Positions 35,637-47,772 of a stretch of 64,000 nucleotides of DNA are shown one piece after another. Source of the DNA: Coniocarpon cinnabarinum (taxonomy: Eukaryota). The stretch spans positions 1 through 64,000 of the forward strand of contig JAVECO010000064.1 in the NCBI GenBank assembly GCA_051942205.1, in the 5' to 3' direction. Both the position numbers and the translations under genes were made by a program. The notes below the pieces were generated by a model that saw only the letters and a program-made list of their open reading frames with translations, searched no databases and was not told the DNA's origin. The stretch's first letter is position 1, and every line of letters starts with the position of its first letter.

Positions 35637-36650
35637 AGGCCTATCAACTCATCAGAAACGGTACAAATTCCGGATGCCTCATTGCCGACGTGGCCATTTG
35701 GTTCACATGATGGTGACCCACCTGACAATCCTCTGATCATTGATGCCAACGCACCTACAAGTCGATATCTTAGTTTTCTCTCTTACCGAAAATGGTCTCA
35801 AAGATTGGCGGCTGGACTGCTCGGTGCAGGTCTACAGTCTGGAGAGGCGGTGGTTTTCGCCTCCGCCAATAGCGTTGCCTATCCTGTCGTCCTTCTGGGT
35901 GTACTTATGGCCGGTGGCGTGTTTTCAGGGTGCAGCCCTGCTTTGGATTGTAAAAAGCTCGTCAAGCAGGTGGGTGAAGTGAAGCCGAGATTCATGCTTG
36001 TAGCAGCCGAAGGTTTTGATTCAGTGATTCAAGCAGTGACGTCGATCTCGTTTGACTCGCGTGATGTCTTCTTGTTCGACGATGACAGTCTATTCACTCA
36101 ACCATCAGACAAGGAGATGGAGCTGCCTGGTGGTGCGCGTCATTGGTTAGAGCTATTCAAAGTCACACATAGCTCATTTCATTGGGCACCATTTGCAAAG
36201 GGCGAACAGTTAGCTGCGATCAACTACACCTCAGGCTCAACTGTCGACCCGAAGGGCGTGATGGTTACCCATCGCAACTTTATTGCGAACGCGGCTCAGT
36301 GCATCAAGCAGCAGACGCACGATCCGCAAGGACCGGAGAATGGCGGGACTGTTATGTGGGTGATGTGGCCGCCCGTGTATCAAGTCACGGGGCAGATATA
36401 ATTCTGTATGGTCGCTCCTAAGCGAGGTATCAAGAACTACATTATGGAGAGCTTTACACTGGAATTGAGCCTGAAGCTGACAGCACAGTATCAGGCGATG
36501 GATATGTTCCCGCTTCCTCCATTTCTCATTGCCATGCTCTCTCACCCTGCGGCCAAAAGTACGACTTGAGCAGCGTCAGGGCGGCCCATGTGGGCGGGGC
36601 GCCACTGCGAGAGTCGACGTTGAAGAGATTCAGAGCTCTTTCACGTCCTA
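35637..36650 (+). pseudogene. 4-coumarate-CoA-ligase-like adenylate-forming enzyme pseudogene
   Basis: AMP-binding motif AAINYTSGSTVDPKGVMVTHRNFIAN. AGG at the expected start (AGG CCT ATC...IPDASLPT). In-frame TAA at 36399-36401 with the frame continuing. Frameshift near 36555 before KYDLSSVRAAHVGGAPL. C-terminal half absent. Confidence 0.82.
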
Positions 36651-37883
36651 TCTTATTCTTCGAAAAGTTCATACCATTTCGTAGCTTCCTGTACTGAGAA
36701 CTTCGCTTATTATAACGTTCATTATAATTCATGCACGCTCAAGCACATATCCAAACAAAGAGACCGCACGTCCAGCGCTTACATTATTTCAAGACCTTTC
36801 AGATATATGCACCTGCACGCAACTATGAAATCGCTCGGCAAATTAGCGGTGTTAATAAGACGGCTAGTAAAACCCCATGCAAAAGCCGCTTGCATTCTAA
36901 GAGATTAGGTCGAATGTTGTCAACCTAGCAAATGGCAACAGAGCAAGATAGCCAAGAATCAGTGCAAAGGCCTCAAGTCCATCTCAAAGTCGGAAGTAGT
37001 GTTCTAGTTAAGCTGTCGTGCCCGTGTTGGTATTATATCCACTGTGTCGTGACTCAAGACAGTTGTCATCAAATTACAACTGCTACAGAAGGGGTGCACC
37101 AATGAACAACAATTTGAGAGGGCAAACAGGGGATAAAATATAGGGCAGCAATGAGGAACTAATAACCAATCTGGACGCCGCCAACTGATACCACTACTAT
37201 GGCTAACCACAGTTACAGCGCAGAAGCTAGATCTTGTTTCTCGTTTTGTTCTGCTTCAATTCCGACTAGCTCTTGTTTTTCTGCTAATCCTTTTCTCGAA
37301 CATTTATAGCCATAAATACAGTCAACCAATGGAGGTTGTATTTGGGTTGCACCATCGATTAATAACACCATGACGGCACCACTGATAATGCGTAATACTC
37401 ACAGCCAACTATTAATAACCGCTTTACTAAGACCACTGGTCGGGAGGCTGCAAATCCTATTCAAAGCCAACATGTCGAAAGACTAGTAGACTACAGATCA
37501 GGAAGCAACACATACCTCGAGTTGAGTTTTGATACGGCGACTCAGCTCCTGACTGAAAGGTTGACATTACTACAAGGGGAGCGGAATCGAATCCGTTATT
37601 AGGAGAGCCCACTGGTATAGTTTGAATCGGTCACTGGCTTGCTTCCTGAGTCTACGCTAAGCAAACTTGGGATAGCAAATATAAAGGTTCAAGTTCTGTC
37701 TTTTAGTTTGGTCCAGATGTCTATTCTGCGTGGCTGCAGTCCTGCTTTGCCTCGGCTGTGTCTGGCGTCCAGAGTATCTAACCTGGGCATCTCTTTGACG
37801 ATCAAAAAAGGGAGAAGGCAAGCTCGTTTTAACGTGTCGACATACTCCTTTTATGGGAGAACAAGCATAGTCGAGAATTAAAG

Positions 37884-39053
37884 TCAGGTGTCCTGCTTCT
37901 TGTCACCAGCCTGATGCGCATCGTTGATCTCACCAAAGCGATACTGCGACCAGCTCAGACTCCCCTCAGGAAAACTCCACAACGCCTCGGCGACATCTGA
38001 GCCTGCTGCACCAGCGACGACATAAATGGGGAGGAGGTGTTCCAACCTGGGATGCGCTTTCCTTGCATCGCTTCGCTCCAGCAGTGCTGTCATCTGCGCC
38101 TGTCGCTGCTCAGGCCTTGCAGTCACTGCTTCTTTCAATGCTGCGTCAAAGCTGGATGCGTACCTGAACGACGTCAGTAAAGCCTTGTGTCACAAAGCAC
38201 ATAGCAACGTGTGCATACGGCATGGTCTGGCCTGTTCCCATCGTCTTCTGGAAATCAGCAGTATTATGAACTGCCATCCCTGTACCCATGATTAAGATGC
38301 CGTCGTCTCGAAGACTTTCTAGAGCCTGTCCGATACGATAGTGCTTCTCTGGATCTTCGCGACTGTATAGCGAAACTTGCACGATCGGCACATTGAGCGG
38401 GTTTCTCTCTGGATCGAACGCTTTTTGACACTGTCGTTAGCCCTGTCATGACGTTTTTCGGTCAAGGATGATCACACACCAGCGATGAAACCTGCCCAGA
38501 CGCCGTGATCAAGACCTCGCTCAACTTTCTCCACATGAATGTTCGCCTCATTCAGCTTTCCGATGACTCGTTCAGCCACCTGACGACTTCCAATATAGGG
38601 GAACTTGTACTCATAGTAATGAGGTGGAAAGCCGTAGAAGTCATAGATGATTTCTGTCTCATCGGCGACATTGATCTGAAGCGTGTCGGCAGATGCTTGC
38701 CAGTGCGCGGAGAACACGACCAGTGCTTTGGGCTTAACTATCGTTGTGATCTCCCTGCCGACTTCAACAAATCTGTTGTAGGATGGATGGTCGGTCTTTC
38801 CAATTGAGTTGGGACCGCCAATGCCTAGGAAGTAGACTGGTGTTCGCTTCGACTTATTATCGGTGCTCATTATCGTAGTAATGTGCCTTTCGCGGGCAGA
38901 TATCGTAGTTGCGAAGTGCGAGTTTGACCAAGTATTGGAAATTTGGCTGGTGCGTTTTAAAAGGTGGACGAGCGGGATTGTCAAGCTCAAAAGAAGAACA
39001 ACCAGGTATACCCGCCGGATGCACAGATTGTTCGAAGACAAGCCTCCGGGCAT
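37884..39053 (-). CDS. LigB/DODA-type extradiol ring-cleavage dioxygenase homologue
   Basis: KPKALVVFSAHW, IYDFYGFPPHYY, ERGLDHGVW, PIVQVSL, GTGMAVHN, AHPRLEHLLP. Introns 38421-38479 and 38164-38218. Start is 39053 (hydrophobic extension) or 38870 (MSTDNK). Confidence 0.88.
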
Positions 39054-39274
39054 ACAGAACACACGGTTTGAACTCTTCCTATGCTCTTCGGAGGTGTGCG
39101 AAATCATCGCCTTATTTCAAGGATGGGTCATTGTTGCCACCAGCCTGCGGGGCATGCCGGTTGCTGACAAATCCATTTGAGATGCAATAAATCAAGTATG
39201 CCGGGTGCACGCGATGCATCCTCGATTATTGGTCTGTTTCGCCGCATGATACGGGGCCTGGGTGGTCTCATCAT

Positions 39275-39356
39275 CTTTCCCGCGCGCGAAAGGAAGCTTC
39301 AACGCCTTTCCCGCGCGCCTGTCAGGAGTCGGCCCCCTTGCCCCCTTTCCCGCGCG
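39275..39356. promoter_or_regulatory. Three exact copies of CTTTCCCGCGCG in the dioxygenase/SDR divergent promoter
   Basis: Copies at 39275-39286, 39306-39317 and 39345-39356, with unrelated spacers. Confidence 0.65.
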
Positions 39357-39627
39357 GGTATTCCAAGTCATTTGGAAATGTTTTGCTGGAATGTCCTGCC
39401 GTCGGTGCCAACTCCATAACGTTTGCATGGAACATGATTTCAAAGCCAACATGCCATGCGTCAGGTTCTCCATGCGTCAGATCCAGAGGTCGCAAATCGA
39501 TGCAAGTTCGACAACACATAAGTACGGGCTCCCTTCCTACTCCAATTCAGCGACAAGTCAACTTCGATAGATGACATCCATCATCAATATTTTCACATCT
39601 CAGTCCAGCACTGACGAGAGGTCCACG

Positions 39628-40372
39628 ATGGTAACCAAGCCCGTTGCGCTCATCCTTGGCGCTGGTCCTAGGGTCGGTACCGCCGTCGCCGAAAAGTTCG
39701 TCAGCAATGGCTACAACGTCGCGGTCGCGTCTAGAAAAGGCAGCCAGGTCACCAAGGGAGCGCTGGCTCTACAAGCTGATTTTGCAAACCCGGAGACGAT
39801 TCCAGGAATCTTTCACACAGCTATAAGAGAGTTTGGCATCTCGCCGAGCGTGGTGATTTACAACGCGGGAACACTCACACCACCACCAGACCCAGAATCA
39901 GTTTTGTCAATTCCACCAAAGAGCGTTGCATCGGATTTGATTGTCAATACCGTGAGCGCTTATGCGGCAGCGCAGCAGGCCGTCCTCTCATGGGAGACAT
40001 TGCCAGCGGAGACGAAGAAAACCTTCATCTTTACGGGCAACATACAGAACATCTCGATTCTACCTATACCACTCATGTTGGATGCAGGCATGGGAAAGTC
40101 GGCTTCCGCCTACTGGATTGGAGCAGCAGATACCTTGTACGCATCGAAAGGGTATCGGTAAGATCCTTGCAGTCATGCGCTCCCCTGATCTTTGCTGACA
40201 GAGGTCGATCAATAGATTTTTCTATGCTGATGAGCGTCATGTTGATGGCAAAAATAAGGGCATGTCGCTAGACGGCGCCGCGCATGGCAGCTTCTATGCG
40301 CAGTTGGCGAATCATGAGACTGTGCCGTGGCATGCAACATTCGTGAAAGACAAGGGTTATGTCAAGTTCTAG
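39628..40372 (+). CDS. Short-chain dehydrogenase/reductase (atypical SDR)
   Basis: Rossmann motif VALILGAGPRVG, VVIYNAG, FIFTGN, GMGKSASAYW. Intron 40158-40215. Exon 2 is FFYADER...WHATFVKDKGYVKF*. Confidence 0.88.
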
Positions 40373-40491
40373 TGAGGATGTCCAGGACTTATAGATCTAG
40401 CAAAGTCAGTTGCCAACCTGATACCAGTTGTAAACACTCATTCATCTGTTTTTTTTTTTTTTTTTCGCAGTGACCACATACCTCCTTTCTC

Positions 40492-42213
40492 TCAAACAAG
40501 CAAAATTGGATTGTCTTGAATCCTAAAGCATGCTGCAAGGTCGCGGCTCTCGTTCCCTGGTGCATCACGATCTCGCCACACCATTTCCATTACTTGAAAG
40601 GCATTGTGCACGGTACCGAAGATACTAGATGGCAACGTTTCCAAAACCGCTCTAAAGTGAGCCTCCTGCGTCGGTTCTGCCAGACAACCTGCGACGCAGA
40701 ACGGCCAAGCCATTGTACGCACTAATGCTGGTGAGACATGTCGCAGAAGGTCGACAAATATATCAACGTGATGTCTCACGTCAGCATTGGCGAGCTGCCA
40801 TCCCGACACTACGACGTGTAGGTACAAAAGGGCTGCATGAGCCCACATGCGCGTGATTGAAGATCTAACGTTGGTGGAAAGACCTGATGAGAAGCATGCA
40901 CATGCAGCCACAGCATCCAGGGGGTTGCTGTTCTGTGTAGCATCATTCCTTGGATCCACTTCCGTCTCATGTCTCAAGGGGATTGAGATGACCATAGCAC
41001 GATGTGCCAACTCCATCACGTCGAGGTTTCCAGCTACTTTGCACTGCCTCTTCCACGCATCAAGCGCGGTGATCTCACTGATTTGCAGAAGCACACAATT
41101 TCTCACACCAATTACCGCCTCAAGATCTATAGGAGGCTCGGTGCCATCACTGCCCTCAAGAAGATCATGCTGTAACTGGTACAGTACAGGCCGCTTCTGA
41201 AGTGAGGTAGCAGCGAGAATGTCATCGAACACTAGTAGAGAAGCTGAAAAATGGAAAGCGGCTTGCTCGGCGGCTGATGTCTGACTGGGTTCGTCAAAGG
41301 AATTTCTGGAGCAGTGACCTAGGCGTTTTGTGATAGTATTAAAACGAGACTTGGGGCTAGCAGCCGTCCCGTCACCAGGAACATCGAGCAATTGTTGGAA
41401 AAGAGCCAGGGCGGCATTAAGGTGCATTGGCCAATTTTCAGAGGTCAAGACTGAGTTTTCAAACCTTTGCAGTTGTACTATGCTGGCGAACACTCGAACG
41501 GCGCCACGCAGATGGTCAGCGATGTGTGAGCCTTCCATATACCGTAACGCCTTCCTCAAAATACCAAATGCATCCTGTGTCTGCGTAAGCACTTGTCCCC
41601 ATGTTGACAGACTGCTAGCGGTGCCGGACGCCGCCGCAAGAGAAAAGTAGAGGCCCTGACACAAGGCCACCTGACGTACTATGGGCCTTGTGAGCGTCAA
41701 TTCAAAGATCCAAGCTTTGCCACCGTCCGCTAGTGACGGCTGGTAGAATGGAAACAGGAAAGGAAACACCTTTTCCACGTAGAACATGAACACAGCAGCA
41801 TCGGAACCTTGGATGCCAATGGACTTGTGGATGTGATTGTCACAAGACGATTGATTGTGATCAGTACAATGATTGTCTGACGCTCGGTCCGGTGTATCAA
41901 ATTGCGAGGCAGTAACAGCCTGTGGGGAAATGTCCGAGGACACAGGTGGTGCGACAGGGTCACTTGAATCGTGATTGCTTTGATCGTATGCCGCTCGCTC
42001 TTCATTACTACGGCTGGCCCTTTGCCTAATCTGTCGTTTGAGGCCATTGGCCATCTCTTTCTGTCTCACACCATGGTCCATCCAGTCGGGTTTTTGATCC
42101 CGGTCAAAGTAGCACGGGATATGGAGTGTAGCGCATGCGTTGCACGTAGGCTGGTTTTCATCGCATTTCTTGCGCCGCAAACGACAAGTCCAGCAACCAC
42201 TAGAAGTCCTCAT
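40492..42213 (-). CDS. Zn(II)2Cys6 transcription factor with C-terminal fungal-specific domain
   Basis: GCWTCRLRRKKCDENQPTCNACATLHIPC; C-terminal RTMAWPFCVAGCLA and MEMVW. Intronless, 573 aa. Confidence 0.92.
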   Translation of the reverse strand: MRTSSGCWTCRLRRKKCDENQPTCNACATLHIPCYFDRDQKPDWMDHGVRQKEMANGLKRQIRQRASRSNEERAAYDQSNHDSSDPVAPPVSSDISPQAVTASQFDTPDRASDNHCTDHNQSSCDNHIHKSIGIQGSDAAVFMFYVEKVFPFLFPFYQPSLADGGKAWIFELTLTRPIVRQVALCQGLYFSLAAASGTASSLSTWGQVLTQTQDAFGILRKALRYMEGSHIADHLRGAVRVFASIVQLQRFENSVLTSENWPMHLNAALALFQQLLDVPGDGTAASPKSRFNTITKRLGHCSRNSFDEPSQTSAAEQAAFHFSASLLVFDDILAATSLQKRPVLYQLQHDLLEGSDGTEPPIDLEAVIGVRNCVLLQISEITALDAWKRQCKVAGNLDVMELAHRAMVISIPLRHETEVDPRNDATQNSNPLDAVAACACFSSGLSTNVRSSITRMWAHAALLYLHVVVSGWQLANADVRHHVDIFVDLLRHVSPALVRTMAWPFCVAGCLAEPTQEAHFRAVLETLPSSIFGTVHNAFQVMEMVWRDRDAPGNESRDLAACFRIQDNPILLV

Positions 42214-42678
42214 CGTGTGACACTTCGGCTACGTCTCAAATTTTTCCGTCGGTCCTGAGTAGAGTCATCCCTGTGCTTTTCCGCTCTCCATTGACCGGGC
42301 CACGCCATGGTCTCGTCTCAAGGGGAAGCCAATGTAAGAAGCATCGTCAGCAACATCGTGGGAAGCCAGAAACCGTCATCAGGACCAGAGTAGTTTGCAG
42401 ACACAACTACACGTCGACTATCAGGTCGGACGATGTCACCGTCCAACCAAGAAGAAATGTCATGTCAATGACGATCAGCAAAGAGGGCATTCGCGAGACG
42501 ATAACGTCTTCGTGCCAGAGCGTTTGCTGGACCTGGCGAAAGCGTCTCTGACCCTGCCAGCCCAACTCGTAGCACAATACCTTACATCACAGCATCACGT
42601 GAAACTTCTTCGAGATAGCATCGCACCGGTTTAACAATTTTCCAGTCCTGCAGCCGCTTTACCCTCTCTACAAGCGCA

Positions 42679-45029
42679 ATGGATCAAGATGTACAGCCAT
42701 ATCCGCAGATTCACGCGCAGGCACAACAAAGTCCGCCAACGTACTATCCCGCGGATAGCTCGTCAAATATCAATCATGAGCTCCACCAGCTCTCCCAGGA
42801 TGATGGCTCGAGCACCGGTGCGCCGCCGTTCAATGGCCCCGCGCCATTGGGAACAGCAGCTGGGGATGCGGAACACTACGCGACGCACGCCTCTGTCATA
42901 GACGAGCATGAGCAGCGATTGTCAGATGCGGGACATCTGGCACATGGCATTTTAGCCATCAACGAGCAGCAGCAGCAGCAGCAGCAACACCCGCAACAAT
43001 CGGCAGCCTCAGACCCGCCGAACAGTCGGAGAAGACCCAAAAGTTCTAAAGCTTGCGATGAGTGTCGTAGAAAGAAGGTCAGCCTATGATGCTCTTCCCG
43101 CAGATTGTGAGGCTCACGCGATATCAGATTCGTTGCGATATAACCACGGACAACCCCACCAATCCCTGTACCGCATGCCGCCGCACAGGATCGAGCTGTC
43201 AGTTCAGCCGGGAACAGATGAAGAGGGGTCCGAGCAAAGGGTTGGTGCACTGTTTCCCCTACAGCGAGCGGAATGGAGAATGACATCGTCAACAGTTATA
43301 TCAAGGAGTTGGCGACGCGATTAAGCTCGCTCGAGAGCCAGTTAGGGCCTCAAGCTCACGAATTTGCTGCCGCGACGCCGTACATGATACAACCAGACGC
43401 TCAGTCTCCTGGCGAGTACCCCCGCCCACCGTCTCAGTATCAGCAACCCAATGCCGTCGAGGACCACGGCAGAAAGCGCACTTTTGCGGATATGCAGGCC
43501 GAGTCGCAAGATATCTCGGCTTTGACAGATCCTCGCTTGGGTGAGGGCACAGAGGACGGTGTGTAGAGTCTTTTAAACCTCGCCAGTCTTCATGTTCTGA
43601 CGTTGATCCAGCAAACGATTCCACTTCTGCCCCGGGTGCGATACCACGTGCTCCATTTCAGCCTACGCGGCGTGATAGCCCGAGCGATGCGAGCCAGTGG
43701 CGCTTTGGCCCAGCAGAAACGCCTCGCGGACCTGCGACTGATAGTTTGTATGCTAACGACACGCGAGAAACCGGCAACGAGCCTGTTCCGGGATGGGACG
43801 ACGCAGTTGCAGACGAGTACTATCAACTTGTTCATCCAACTTTTCCCTTGCTACCACACTCCAAGTTTCGACTCAAGTCACGATTGATGCAGTGTCCGCC
43901 AACTCTTCGGGAAGCTTTCCTTGTGGCACTCGACACGGTCATGCGTGATTCGCCTGTTTCGAAGCTGGAGTCGCTCGACACTTCTAGTGGAGCTCGCAAA
44001 GCGGCTGCACTGATCGCGGCCTCCCAGTTTGAGGATACATCGAACCGTACCATGACGGCGAACCTTGTTCACATACAGACCATGATCCTCATGGCGCTAG
44101 AATCGGACCACCATGGACCAGCGAACATGATGGGTCAGGTTGGTCCGCCTCGTTCTGAGTGGCTTGGCAGGGCGGTTGGCATGGCCATCTCGTTAAACCT
44201 AAACTCTTTGAACGCGCAGGACAGATTTGGCGAGGGCGACCCCGATGCAGATGATAAGCTGGGCCGACGAGTGTGGTGGATTCTGTTCATTCTTGATCGA
44301 TGGCACGCCGCTAGCACATCACAGCTCCTACAGGTACCCGAGAACAGCGCAAGCCTGGTCATTGAAGACCAAACTCTACTCGGGGATTCGGCGTATCATC
44401 TTGTTCGATTATCCTACATCCTCGGACATATTTCAGCAGTGCTGCAACAGCCTTTGACGCTCATGTCACGAGAGTCGGCGGCAGCCTCCATCATTACAAC
44501 AATCATTCTGGGTGAGCTAGATCGCTTTCGCGAGTCTGTCGAAAGCGTTCTTCTCGGCGCACCTAATCTGTTACATCTCAGCTACTGGCACGTGAGACTC
44601 ATGGTCCTGCGGCTGTCGCCGTCTACATCTGCCGCAGAACTCTTGACGCCAGCGACACGAATGGCACGCTTCCTCAACAGCACCAACACACCTTTGACGC
44701 CATTGAACCACCATTTCGCGGCGCTGGCCTCGATGACACTGGTCGAGCTTGCCGACTTTGAGGCCACGCGCGAGGAATCCATGCGAGGGATCGAGGAGAT
44801 CCTGGAAGCGCACAGCGGCAAACGGGGGTTCGAGGGGCGCGAGAACAGCACCGGATGGGATGGGGCGATTCGCGAGCTGCTGGTGAAGCGCAAGGCCAAC
44901 CTCGAAAGCCGGCCGGCAGGGAGTCATGCGGACTCGAGCGAGTCGAGGGCCGCCGAGCAGCGATTCGATCCGACACGCGTGACGCGCAGTGGGCTGTTGG
45001 GGTCGCTGGTGCAGATGAACCGTGTGTGA
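42679..45029 (+). CDS. Zn(II)2Cys6 transcription factor, RGT1-like (glucose-responsive family)
   Basis: KSSKACDECRRKK/IRCD...CTACRRTGSSCQFSREQMKRGPSKG/YIKELATRL across introns 43078-43127 and 43241-43295. Middle homology region RRVWWILFILDRWHA. Two further introns near 43.56-43.74 kb were not fully resolved. Confidence 0.88.
42967..42987 (+). repeat. CAG microsatellite encoding poly-Q in the TF N-terminus
   Basis: (CAG)6CAA encodes QQQQQQQ. Confidence 0.8.
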
Positions 45030-46136
45030 TGATCAGCCAGGATGGCGCGCGCGCGACACGGAAGAGCGGTGGTGGGTCATATTGGAAAGGGAGAGCTGTG
45101 AGCGCGATCCTGGGTTGAAGAACGAAATGGGCGAGCTATCCATGGCGCGAAGGAGTGGTGAAAGCTTAGCAGACAACCCTTGCAGATGAACGCTGCATCT
45201 CTCTTTGCCTGTTCAGGCAAGCGATGGGGACTGATGCGTTTCAGTGTGAGGCTGGGCAGCAGGCGGACCTTGCGGGGGATGTTGTGGCCCCACTCGTCAC
45301 TTCCCAACAGGCCGGCACCGGACGCCGCCGGCAGTGGGGCCTGGCATCAGTGCGAGCGAGGTGGCGAGGGGAGGAGGAGGAGGACGATGGCAGCGAGCTG
45401 ATGCACGAAAGAGGGTGTGATGATACGAGCTGGACGTGGTGGAGGTTGAGGATTTGATGGGGGTGGGGGGGCTCGTGGAAGTATTTTTGGCAGTGGATGA
45501 CCTCAGTCGCAGCGAGCTGGATGGAACGATTCGGCACCGCTTTGCCCCATCGGGCAGTCGTTAGCGCATCCTAGGGCGTGGTCCAAGCTTGTCGCGGATA
45601 GCGTGCCAAGAGGCGTGTGATGCATCCCCCGACCTCACCTGCACACAGTCTCTTTCCACCGCCGCTGCGCCCACTTCCTCTTCTCGCTGCTTGCTTCCTC
45701 CCTCCTTCTGCCTCCTCTCAACCTCTGCTTGCTGCTTCATCGTTTTGTCGTTTCTCCTCCGCCTGCCTCTCGCGGCCCTTCTGCGGCACTCGGCGTCTAC
45801 CTCGTCATCAGAGGAGAGCCTGTGACCGTCCTCCTACCGTTCCATCTTGCGTTCCTACTTACACTCGCTCGCGCAAGAAATCCTCGGTGGACCTTCTCTC
45901 GCTTCTCCTCATCCTAATATATACCCCCGCAATAGCGCACCGGATGCCCGCCATGGTTCAATAACAGCAATACTCCTCACCCCTTTGTTTTCTTCGTCGT
46001 CGGCCCGCTTTTTGCTGTCGCACTTTCGACTGCAGCCTTCTGCCGCTGAACCATCAAGGCTCGCCCATCTCCGATCGGAACCCGCGCACCATTTCAACCA
46101 CCAGCATTGTATCATTCGCTTTACTTCCAATCCACA

Positions 46137-47772
46137 ATGGTCATCTACGCTCCAGACGGCGAGAAGTGGGCCTGCGAGGCCTGTCTGAAGGGACATCGCG
46201 TTACGTCCTGCTCTCACAAAGGTCTGTGCGACGCTGATGTCATGCTCACCGGCTTGCTAACCTCGGACCAACAGACCGACAACTCTTCCACGTTAACAAA
46301 AAGGGTCGACCAGTTTCGCAATGCCAACACTGTCGCGGCTTGCGCAAGTCGCGCCACAGTCATGTCAAGTGCGTGTGTGCAGAATACGGCATTGACAAAG
46401 ATCATCCGCCCTTCGGTAAGCATCAAATTTCACTATGCTTGAGGCTGCCGTCTGACTGTGCATAGGTGGCCGAAGGTGTGCTTGTGGCGATGGAATGCCA
46501 TGCACTTGCGCTGCCAAGAGAGAAATCGACTATGATGAACTTCCCAAGGCTGCAGCGCGGAACCTCACACACCGTCGCGTCCACAGTCACGGCTCGAAGC
46601 CTGTGATGCCCAACCGGCGGTCCGACAGCCTCGTGCCTCGACCGCAACTCGGTGCTCATCATCCGCCACTTCATCGAATGAACAACGCAGCACACGAATT
46701 CGGCACCCCGTACCAAATCAAACGGTTTACGACATCGACGCCGAACGTCAGCTTATTGGGACATCCATCTTCGGAAGACAATCTCCAATTTGCTTCCGCC
46801 ATGCAGCACACCACTACGCCTCCACCTATCACAACCACGGATGAGATGTCTGTCAGTGTACCCACGAGCACCCCTACAGGCCCCTGGATCCCGGGACACA
46901 CTCCTTCGCATTCACGTTCCTATCAAGCAAGCCCCGTCGATGGGCTCCAGCAGCAACCACCTACAAGCGCTGGTCTTCTGCAACCGGGTAACGACACGAG
47001 CTTCATGAACAACGCTCTGTCTCCGGGAAACCCAGCCCGGTACTCAATGAATGACTTCTCGGCGCTCCAATGGCCTGGCTTTGCAAGCAACGGCATGTAT
47101 AGCAACCCTACCTATGCCGCATCAGCAGATCAATTGGGCACATCCCACTGGTCCGACTGGAGCACGGACACTCCGCAATATTCGCAAGGCAACACCGCTG
47201 TTCAGACCCCTCAAAATCGACTTTCCGTGGCCAGCGTCGATCAGCCAGGTCTTACACATTCCCCTTCGAACACAGTCTCAGAAGCGGGATCTTCTGTGCA
47301 TCCCAGCGATACCAACTTTACTAATTTTGGCTCGCAACCCCCAGCGACCATCAATTCTTCGTTAACCAGCAAAGACTATTTCGGACTGGATCCTGTCTCG
47401 GAGAATACAATGGGCGACACGCCCAACGATTCATTCGCTTACCCCACGGAGGGGACAGTCAATATGGACGACATTTTCGGTGCCGGCCCTGGGCCTGCTG
47501 AGTCAGGAACGCGGTCCGAATCCGAGGAAATGTCACCCATGAATTCGCAGTCGTTCGCTACCCCCGAGCGGTATGGCTCTGAAGCCAGTGGACCCAGTCT
47601 GGTCGTGCCTCAGTTCAACACTGGCATGGGCACCACCAGCTCTTATATACAGTATCCCGGCATGACGACGGCCGGCCAGGATCAATCGCAGCAGTATTTT
47701 GACAACAGCATGGGTGGAGCGTTTGGTTGGGACATGTCGTCCCCGCTGCAGCAGCAGAATAGCATGTCATGA
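46137..47772 (+). CDS. Copper-fist DNA-binding transcription factor (Ace1/AceA/Cuf1-like)
   Basis: DGEKWACEACLKGHRVTSCSHK/DRQLFHVNKKGRPVSQCQHCRGLRKSRHSHVKCVC...RCACGDGMPCTC. Introns 46222-46274 and 46416-46465. S/P/T-rich activation tail. Confidence 0.93.
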
